The translations under genes were made by a program, and so were the position numbers. 64,000 bases of DNA from NCBI RefSeq assembly GCF_046119375.1, contig NW_027362762.1:900488001-900552000 (forward strand), read 5' to 3'. Below the pieces are notes generated by a model. It had not been told where the DNA came from. It was given only the letters and a program-made list of their open reading frames with translations, and made no database searches. This DNA is from Phyllobates terribilis (lineage: Eukaryota). Numbering within the stretch: position 1 is the first letter of the stretch; each line of letters begins with the position of its first letter. Below are positions 54,759 to 64,000 of this stretch, piece by piece.

Positions 54759-55004
54759 GTATGACAGAGAACTGCCATGTCCAATGCCACCAACAAGAAT
54801 GTATCTCCAACAAGATGAATTAGAAGAAGAAGACGAACGAGGTCCTACACCGCCAATACGAGGAGCTGCTTCTTCTCCAGCCGCTGTGTCCTATAGCCAC
54901 CAGTCCACAGCTACTCTTACCCCATCACCTCAGGAGGAACTCCAGCCAATGCTTCAAGATTGTCAGGAAGATTTAGTTCTAGCTCAACATCAACTTGAGA
55001 GAAG
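54759..55004 (+). CDS. ROBO1: ROBO1 exon, 246 nt ([32 protein letters not shown]...HQLERR)
   Basis: Atypical TTGAAAG acceptor, GTAATA donor at 55005; phase 2 to 2 fits both neighbours. Confidence 0.92.
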
Positions 55005-55685
55005 GTAATATCAGAAACATAGATCCACCTGTAGCCATAGCTCACCTTGAATATACCAGTATCAGAAATTACAATTCATATATTAACCATAACAGGGACC
55101 AGATATGACAAGGGAGGACCAAAAATCATATTATTCGGTGTCTTGCATGGACACTCCACAAATTGTAGGAGAAGAATCTGCAAGAACTCACAATGTTCTT
55201 CTTCTCTTATTAATGGATCGAGTTTACTGTTCGTTATAACTTTTATGAAATTATGGCACCTGAGGGAGTTATACAAAAAAAAAATGCTACATCTTCAAGT
55301 TCTAGATGTTCTACATATGTTCCTCATTTATGCATAATGAGCCAAAAATACCTGATGTGTTTTGAGAGAAGTATTACTAATTGCTACGATATAAGGGATA
55401 AATTATGTTTTTCAATTTTAAAGACTTTCTGGCACATATCATGTTAAATATTTTTGGCACCAAGTATTTTTTTTACTGTAGAATTGTACACATGTGCACC
55501 ATCTGTTCTGTTTTTATTCTATCGTAAGCTTAGTATGAGAATAAAATTGGGTAAGTGTGTAAAAAAAAAATTAGAATATTCTTAAAATGGACACATCAAT
55601 ATTTTTTGCCATTAGGTGGCTTGTATAACTGTTATGCATCAACTTGTGTGTATGGTAAATTGTTACTAGTCTCTACATAACTTAA

Positions 55686-56954
55686 AGGGAATCTGTCACC
55701 CCTTTGGATAAATCAGACCTCTACTATGGCCATACAGGGTATAGAAAAGTAAATCTATATTTACCTGTATGGCCCATGGTAGAGGTCTGATTGCAGAGAA
55801 AAGTAGTTTCATCTGTTTGGTTTTCAACAGGCTTGGCATCTGTGGGACGCCACGCAGTGCCCGCCTATCTTGATTGTTATTCCCCTAAATCACCGCTTAT
55901 CAGCCTAGTTACCATTTTCCCTCCCCCGCACGTCACAGGTCGCTGTGACGTGCGCTTTCCTTCCTCACCTCCCGGCTCATGCGCAAAGCGCGGCTCTTAT
56001 ACACTGCGCTTTGTTTCCTCCTGGCCGGGTTTGTATGAGCACAGTGCCGCAGTGCTCTAATGTGCAGGCGCCGGGGATTCACTGTGACTTCCACTTCAGT
56101 GACTCCCGGAGCATAACAAGAAGGTTTTCTCCTGCACTGTGCTCATACAAACCCGGCCTGAGGAAATTAATTTTATTCCTCCCTGCAGCCGCTGGCTTTC
56201 AGTCATAGAGGCGTGCACAGCGAGGCTTCAGTCACCACTCAACATACAGTATGCAGCGGCTTTAAGCATGCCCTGGCATACTGACTGATAGCTGAGTACT
56301 GATACGCTGCAGTGATGGCTGTCAATCAATGTGCCGCGTGCTTAAAGCCGCTGCTTACTGTATACTGAATACAAACACATGGGCCATGCACACGGTGAAC
56401 AAGTCTGTAGGACAGTGTTTACACCACCAAAAGACTGAAACACACAAGGACACAGTGAAACAAACGTATAAAAATACTCTGTTGTAAAAAAGTAACAGTA
56501 AACAGCAAGTGCTAGTAAAAAGGTGATAAAAAACAGGGTATTTAGTTGACATGTTTTTAGCAAAATATGTATACTAAGCCGCTCTACCAACGTCAAGGTA
56601 ACCCACATCAGAGCAGTCCCTAACTGATGTGTTTAAAAACTGATCATGTGTATGGTACCTATATGAACAGATCTAACAGGTAATGTCCATGTGGACATGC
56701 TGCAGAGGACAGCATTTTATGTGCATGGCCCACAAGGGAGGGGTTTTTACTGTATACTGAGCAGTGACTGAATCCTCTCTGGGCACATCCATCACTATGA
56801 CTGAAAGCCAGCGAGTGCCGGGAGGAATAAAGTTAATTTCCTCCCGTTAGCTGGGTTTTCAGTGCGGGCGTCGGGCAGCTTTAGAACATTAGTAGCCTGC
56901 AGATTAACCCAATATCTGCAAGTTAACAGAATTTTGGGACATGACATATTCCCT
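55686..56954. mobile_element. Composite TTAA MITE: left part related to 43056-43687 (inverted), right part related to 19362-19867
   Basis: TTAA|AGGGAATCTGTCACCCC start; switch near 56160 to GGCTTTCAGTCATAGAGG-type arms; ends ATATTCCCT|TTAA. Confidence 0.75.
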
Positions 56955-57282
56955 TTAAATAGAAATAAAAATTCTGGAAACATTTTTGTCTTTATTGCCT
57001 GGAAAATTTGATGCTTTGCTGTACTCACTCCTTGTTACTGAAAATTACTGATTTGTGTGCAACTCCCCTTTATTTCCAGCACTAGTAGGCAGTCATGTGG
57101 CCCCAAGTATGAGATTTCCATATTTGCGGACACGTGTTGACCATCTTCTCATCCGCTTCTCTAGATGACACACTGTCAAGATTTTCAAAAATTTCCTTGA
57201 GCTTCGAAAACCCATTTAATATTGTCTAATACTAGAAAATAAGGGAGAGTGGGACATTAAATTCACTTTATTTAACCCACAG

Positions 57283-57689
57283 ACGACATCAAATAAGTCC
57301 TCCTCCACCACCAAGACCTATATCACCGCCTCACACGTATGGATACATTTCTGGACCAATAGTGTCTGATATGGATACAGATGTTCCAGAAGAAGAAGGA
57401 GATGAAATGGATATGGAAATGACAAAGATGCAAAGCCGCAGACTTCTATTACGCGGCTTAGGGCAGACTCCCGCCTCTAGTGTTGGAGACCTAGAAAGTT
57501 CTGTCACTGGCTCGATGATCAATGGATGGGGTTCTGCCTCTGAGGAGGACAATGTCTCTAGCGGGAGATCGAGCGTCAGCTCTTCGGATGGCTCTTTTTT
57601 CACTGATGCTGATTTTGCACAGGCCGTTGCAGCCGCTGCAGAATATGCAGGACTGAAAGTAGCAAGACACCAAATGCAGGAAGCAGCAG
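57283..57689 (+). CDS. ROBO1: ROBO1 exon, 407 nt ([25 protein letters not shown]...[27 protein letters not shown])
   Basis: CCCACAG acceptor, GTAAGT donor at 57690; phase 2 to 1. Confidence 0.97.
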
Positions 57690-58487
57690 GTAAGTTTAAT
57701 ATATAAAAAAGTTTTTGTCCTTTTCTTGATGTCTCCTGTTTTTGCACATTTAGGTTTTAGAGGGTGATTAAAAAATGTGGAACTTTGCATTGCTATTTTT
57801 TATTTTTTTACTGTTTTATTATTTGGGTTATTTACTTTACTTTTATAAATTTGGATAATCAAAATGATTTTTCTTCGCCCTAACCAGTTACATGTAAGAT
57901 TGTACAAACATTTTAGAATTTACAATAACTACTAAAACCAAATCGTCTGAACTATAGTATTTGTTTTTTTTATGGTTTTACCTCTAAGTGAGAATATTTT
58001 TATGCTGCTTGACTCAATGAATTTACCTAACTTCAAAAGGGACCAATTTACCCAATACATAAAGTTGCACTGCACTTCAAACATATACCTGGCAGCTATG
58101 ATAGGAAATGTACTTATTAATGTCAAAAACATGCACATAAGATTCAGTAAGTGGGAGTTTTTTTCTCATCTCAGCTTTTAAGTGCTTACTGTGTATTTAG
58201 TCTTATCTGTGCACTTATCCTTATGTGGGCGTTCAGTATTGCTGGTTTCTTAGGCATTATTGGCTTACTTTTACAGTAGTTATCTGACCCCCTAGATCTT
58301 CATTATAATGTGCCCCATGTGACATCATTATGATAATTCTGTACTTTGTATGCGCTGTTACATAATTCGATATAAAAGTAATCTTTTCACTCTCTATATG
58401 GTAGATGATTTGCAGGCAGCATGATGTGGAGCTGGATGGGTTGAGCAGATAGATATATAGTTTTATAGGGAAAAGATTTAGTATAAG

Positions 58488-58845
58488 TTATTATTATTAT
58501 TATTATTTATTATTATAGCGCCATTTATTCCATAGCGCTTTACATGTGATAGGGATATACATAGCAAAAACATTGACATAATCTTAACAAAACGAGTCAG
58601 CGACTGGTACAGGAGGAGCGAAGACCCTGCCCGCGAGAGCTCACAAGCTACAAGGGATGGGTGAGGATACAGTAGGTGAGGGTAGAGGAGGTCATGCAGT
58701 AATGTGGTGGAGCGGTGGCTACTGCAGGTTGTAGGCTTGTCTGAAGAGGTAGGTCTTCAGGTTTCTTTTGAAGGCTTCCATGGTAGGCGAGAGTCTGATG
58801 TGTTTGGGTACAGAGTTCCAGAGTAGGGGGGATGCACGGGAGAAA
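58488..58845 (-). mobile_element. L2 LINE 3' fragment with (AAT)n tail, 5'-truncated
   Basis: Collinear with 22597-22950 (TTATTATAGCGCCATTTATTCC...TTACTGCAGGTTGTAGGCTTG). Confidence 0.9.
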
Positions 58846-60004
58846 GTTGAAATTTATTGACCAACATCCCTGCTCAGAGTGGACTTAGGAGTCCAGTGGG
58901 AGGTCCTAGCCAGTGATTGACAGCTTTCTCTGGTGTGCATGTAGAGACAACTATCAGTCACTTCTGGACTCATACGCCAAGATGGATCAGAGATTTCAGC
59001 GAATTAAATGGGTTGTCTTGTGATAACTTACTGATCGGTGATGGTCTGATCGCATAGACTTGTACTGATCAGGAAGGGGGAAATTTTTATCCATGACTGG
59101 GCACTTATCCTTGTAACGAGATAAAATGAATAGTCAGATGCGTGACCACTGCTCCGTTTATTCTTTATGGAACTGCTGGAAAAAGCCTTGGTAAGGAATG
59201 AATAGAGTAGCAGTCGAGCATGCGCACTGATGCTCCATTGTAACGTGGATAGAAGTGCCCCATGCTGCCAATTAGTGTGGCTCACAATAGGCGGACCGCC
59301 ACTGACCAATAAGTTATCACTTATTCTGTACGTAGGTGATTACTTGTTGTCCCTGGTCAATTCCTTTAAGTGCAGTGGCTGGCTAAGAACAGAGGCATCA
59401 GTTTAGTGGTTGTTCATAAAGAAGAACCTCGTTGTTGGATTGACGATAGATTACAGAGACGGAAATTTAGTGATGGTAAGGCCAATGTCACACATCCTTG
59501 AAACATGGATCATTCTCACCTTGGAAGACCCGGTCCGACCACCGGGTCTCCCGAGTCGTGACAACTGTTTCTTAAAAGCCCATAAATTAGTTGGCGTAAG
59601 TTGGGGGACCCAATGGTTAGGCTGAGTCGTCTGATGCAAGAACAGTTTGTGTTTCACGGATGTGAGAAACTGGCCTTAGACTGATTGGTAATGAGTTACA
59701 GTATAAAAATACTTAGAATAAAAAATAATCTGCCCTGTTTCCTGGTCACTTGTCTTGATAGAGGAAATGAATGTCTTAGAGGGATTGTATGTCAGCCAGA
59801 GTGGACAGCAGTCATATAGAGCCTCACTTTCTCCTGTGGACCTGACATAGATCTACAGGCTTCAGAAAAACAGTGTAATGTGCCATGTCCCCAGTGCAGA
59901 GAATTAAGGCACTTGTTTCAGATTTTACTAAAGGGTGAAACCTGGTTGGCCAAATGATGAGGGAATCGTACAACAAAAAGGTATTTTCCAATAGTGAAAA
60001 CCCA

Positions 60005-60632
60005 AGGGAATCTGTCAGCAAGTTTAAACCACTTAACTATTGATATGCTCATATAGTTCATTGAAAGATAAATACCTTGATACCTTTGTATTTGCTGTCC
60101 ATTGCATTATTCTGGAAAAATTCACAATTTTATTAATATGCAAATGAAGCGTTAGGTGCACTGGGTTGGACAAAGCACCAAACAAAAGCCTGCCTCCCCA
60201 GGTCATTTACATTTTTAGTTGCTCCTTATGTTGCTAGATGTTGTCAGGTAGGGCAGGAAAACTTGCGTCTGCTCAGATCGCTGCTTTCCTTGCGTCTGCA
60301 CTGTTAGGTGCCGTTTTGAGGGCATTGGATCCAGTGTACTGGTGTACATGTGCCAGCCAACCATGATGTAGACCCGCAGGCGCCAGGCGATTTGGGATGT
60401 CTCAGGATTTCCTGCCCATCGCTTGACGTCAGCACTGAGGATGTAAATGATCTAACTTTCGTTAAGTGCTCTGGGCTGGAAATAGCACCTAACACCTCAT
60501 TTGCATAGTGATAGAATTTCTCTGGATCAATGCAATGCAAAGCAAATATAAAGATATGAGTACGTTTATCTTTACGTGACCTACATGGTTAAAAAACAGT
60601 TAAGGTGGGTTAAACTTGCTGATAGATTCCCT
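60005..60632. mobile_element. Palindromic TTAA-type MITE
   Basis: AGGGAATCTGTCAGCAAGTTTAA...TTAAACTTGCTGATAGATTCCCT|TTAA. Confidence 0.82.
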
Positions 60633-60756
60633 TTAATAAACCTTTTATGAAACGCACTGCCAATAACAGCTTCTGCCGTTACGTTTAAAGCATCACATAA
60701 TATATAGAAATGAGTAATAATTATACAGTAAAACATTGAATGTTCTCGTTTGTCAG

Positions 60757-60900
60757 GCCGAAGACATTTTCACTGCCCCAGACCTACAAGCCCGGTGTCA
60801 ACGGATAGTAACATGAGCACTGCCGTCATGCAGAAAAGCCGCCCAGCCAAAAAACAGAAACACCAGCAAGGACATCTACGGAAAGATGTCTACACAGATG
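60757..60900 (+). CDS. ROBO1: ROBO1 exon, 144 nt ([48 protein letters not shown]); last exon in window
   Basis: TTTGTCAG acceptor, GTGAGA donor at 60901; phase 1 to 1. The next (CC3) exon was not found before 64000. Confidence 0.95.
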
Positions 60901-61553
60901 GTGAGACTCATTTAAATACAACACAATTAGGCTTTTATTACAGTTCTGTCATTTCAATGCATATGGCATGAATGCAGTCTTTCTCCTATTTTTTTTCCAA
61001 GTTTCTTGCTTTTTTTTAGATTTAATTTATTTTTAATGTCTTTTAGAACTTTTTATTATGTTAATGAATCATTTTAAGCTGTCATTATATGGCACCACTT
61101 TGCAGTATTATTCTCTTGAGACAAAAAAGTCTACTGGTTCATTTTTTTACTTGTAGTGATATCGTAAAAGAAGTGTGCTACCTAATTTGTTCTTCTTCTA
61201 GGAAATACAGTGAAAAACACATAGCGCCGATTCATCCTACCTGGCGTAGCGTACACTCGAGCTATGCCAGTCACTACAGAGTACACGACGCCAAATTCGT
61301 TAAGAGGCCCACCGAATTTGACGACTCTTTTAAATGGCATGCACTTCCGCGATCTGCGCTGAAAATGCTACTCTGGTTGGGGACTGAAGTAGCATCGCTA
61401 TCGTAGAAAACATTTCATGAATTTAATGGGGGGAGTTGCCGTGCTGCCCTGACTGCTCCCCAATAACGCCCATTTAAGTGGAGCTGATCCAAAGTGGCGT
61501 GAAGACGTCACAAAATTTTTGTACAACTCCTTGTTGCCCAAAAATGTTACTAC

Positions 61554-61794
61554 TAGTGATGAGCGAGTATGTTTTGTTAACCCTTTTGACTTTTTTGCGA
61601 CTGTTTGACAGCTTTAATACATGTGAGGAATGCCTAAGAAACAAGCATTCCTCACATGTATTAAAGCTGTCAAACAATCACAAATCATGAACACGGAGTG
61701 ACTAAAACATAACATCCGAGCACGCTGAAGATACCCGGAAAACACCCGAGAATGCTCATAAATCTTAACTAACGAGCATGCTCGCTCATCACTA
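61554..61794. mobile_element. hAT-like MITE, 241 bp, 8-bp TSD GTTACTAC/GTTACGAC
   Basis: TAGTGATGAGCGAG...CTCGCTCATCACTA termini, same type as 51859-52047; TSD has one mismatch. Confidence 0.85.
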
Positions 61795-62305
61795 GTTACG
61801 ACTTGTCTAAGCTTTTACACCACACCTGTGGCATAAAAGCTGTGATAAATCGGCCCCCATAGAGTTTTCTAACACCGAGATTGTAATTTTTTATGAATAC
61901 TGTAAACTTTCAGCACTTTGGTAAAATAAGTACAGAAACTACAAAATTCCTGCATTGGATTCCACCAGAACTGGACATTAAGGACGTGTTTAACGGTAAT
62001 GTTTTGTTCTTTACAAGTTGCTCAGAATCCTATTTCTGTATAACTGTCCTTTAAATGTAGAGTTGCAATTAAAAACAAATCGTTTGTAAGGTTTTTCTTA
62101 AAAGAGTTGTCCACCTTTTGAGGGCATTTATTTTTTTTACTTTAAATATATGTCTTTGGGGCTAAACATAATTTTTGCAGTTGGGTTTAATTAAAAATGT
62201 TGCGCCTTTTATAGTCTCTAAGTTGTAATGTCTGTTGCTGGCTGCAAAGTGAGCTAACTGTGGATTCATAAGCCAGCCAGTTCTGGTGGTCAGGAGAGTT
62301 TGTAA

Positions 62306-62725
62306 GGCTGGGGTCACACGGCGATTGATTTTCTCATGAGAGGATGGGGCCAATTATGCTAATGACACTCGACTCAAACTATGTCAGAGTTTGAGCCAAG
62401 TATTATCTTAATGTGATCCGATTCTCTCGCGTGAGATAATAGTATCACAGGTGCGGAGAAGATGGAGAACTTAATTTCTTAATCTTCTCCATTCTCTGTG
62501 TCGGACTGCACTTGGATGACATCTGAGTGCAGTCTGATGTTTCACACACACCGATAGACTTCTATGTGTGCTCGCGATCTGAATATTGGAGCCACTCGCA
62601 TCATGCCGAGTGCCGAATCGGCATGAGAAAAAAAATTGCAGATCTGCACTGCCCCATAGTATAACATTGGTCCGAGTGCTATCCAATAAAACTCGGCCAT
62701 GTTAAACGCTTGTATGAGCAAGCCC
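62306..62725. mobile_element. MITE-like element with TAA/TTA flanks (Harbinger-like); related pieces at ~7160-7350 and ~31030-31320
   Basis: Diverged inverted ends; shared GATCCGATTCTCTCG...GATGGAGAA core. Confidence 0.6.
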
Positions 62726-62958
62726 TTACTCTTGTATCCATATTTTTCTGAGCTCTAAGTAACTGATTTATAACCACAGATCACATCAATGTTGAATATA
62801 CAGGGAAATGAAGAGCCTGTAAAAACCAAACCGTGCAACATTTTTTTAATAAAACCCCAATTGCAAACATTATTTTTAGCCACAAACCCATGCATTTAAG
62901 TAGGAAAGAAAATGTCCCTATAGGTGGACAACCCCTTTAAAAGAAAATACATGAATCA

Positions 62959-63143
62959 GGGCACCAGACGTCCTCCTTTTTGGTAACTTTGTTAGTACAG
63001 AAAATTTACAACATTTCAGCCTTGAAGAGCCTTTATCGAGCTATAAAAAAGAGAGATATAACTTGATAAAGGTCCTGCACAGCCAAAACGTTGTGATTTT
63101 TCTTTACTAATAAAGTTACCAAAAAGGAGGACGTCTGGTGCCC
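62959..63143. repeat. 185-bp inverted repeat of two Penelope-like termini
   Basis: Outer 32 bp perfectly complementary; each arm carries CTYGATAAAGG-N10-CYRAAAYGTTG. Confidence 0.75.
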
Positions 63144-63254
63144 AGGGTCCTTTATTTCTCTGCACTGCTACAACCTTGTGAAGGGTTGCACCAAATGTGC
63201 ACGGACAATAGAGTGCTGCACGAGAATCATCTAATGCAAGTGTAAATCCTTTAA

Positions 63255-64000
63255 AGGGGTTATCCAGGACTAAATTATTTTTTTACTATAAGCCAAAAAG
63301 CTAACAGGTAAGTACCATATATACTCTAGTATAAGTTGTCTTTTTCAGCCCATTTTTTATATAACCGAGTATATACATAGTCCGGTGGTGGATAGTGTGG
63401 GGGGGTGTTGCGGCGGCAGAGGAGCGGGGCACAAACAGTAGCCGAAATGAATATTCACCCTTCTCCGCGCCCATGGGAGTGGAGAGTGGTGAATATTCAT
63501 TTCTTTAATAGCGTGCACACAGTGTCAGCGGCGCTGCAGCTTCGGCTGCGGCTTAGTGATCCTCTGTGCCCGCTACTAAAGAGAATGCATATTCATCCTT
63601 CTCCACTCCCATATTCATTCTCTTTAGTAGCGGGCACATTAGACAGCTGAGCCGCAGCGATAGCTGCGGCGCTGCTGACACTGTGCGCACGCCATTAAAG
63701 AACAGGGATTATTTACTCTGCTCCACGCACATAGTCCCGGCATGGAGAGGAGTGAATTTCCCCGCAGCTCACCTTGGCGTCTGAGAGTGCATGGCAGTGA
63801 CATCATGCACTGCTCACATGCGGAGGCGAGCTGCTGCTGCTAGAACAGAAGCAGCGCTGGAGCAGAGGGGAGGAAGGTGAGTATGAGTGTTTATTTTTTT
63901 AATATGTGCAATGATGGGGGACCATGCAAACCAGGATAGGGGGGCCTTACATGCCAGGATTGAGTCTGAGGGGGCCATGCATATCGGGATTGGGGATTAG
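63255..64000. mobile_element. TTAA-type MITE-like element running off the window end
   Basis: TTAA|AGGGGTTATCCAGGAC start; internal inverted repeats (GAATATTCA/TATTCATTC blocks) at ~63440-63700. Confidence 0.65.

Overview
Vertebrate genomic DNA, most likely a frog (inferred from the repeat families), from a draft assembly with six N-gaps. The window lies entirely inside ROBO1 (Roundabout 1, Slit receptor) on the + strand. It holds 16 internal coding exons (2604-60900, 2793 nt, 931 codons), all AG/GT-bounded and phase-consistent. They run from the end of Ig5 through three FN3 domains, the transmembrane helix, the 27-nt VPSFTFTPT microexon and cytoplasmic motifs CC0-CC2; the CC3 exon and 3' end lie beyond the window. 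Introns are dense with decayed mobile DNA: several Tc1/mariner copies, CR1, L2 and another LINE, a solo LTR, and many palindromic MITEs (TTAA-target T2/Kolobok-like, hAT-like with 8-bp TSDs, Harbinger-like). I found no rRNA, tRNA or CRISPR array, and no clearly new biological system. Best leads: (i) four decayed hammerhead-like motifs at three Penelope-like termini, two forming an inverted pair at 62959-63143; (ii) the regulatory context of the 27-nt microexon; (iii) a candidate cryptic/poison exon at 27129; (iv) a recursive-splice-like AG|GTATGA start on the frame-neutral 246-nt exon; (v) a convergent cluster of CTCF-like motifs around a cytoplasmic exon. Comparisons to human ROBO1 and repeat families are from memory, not from a search.
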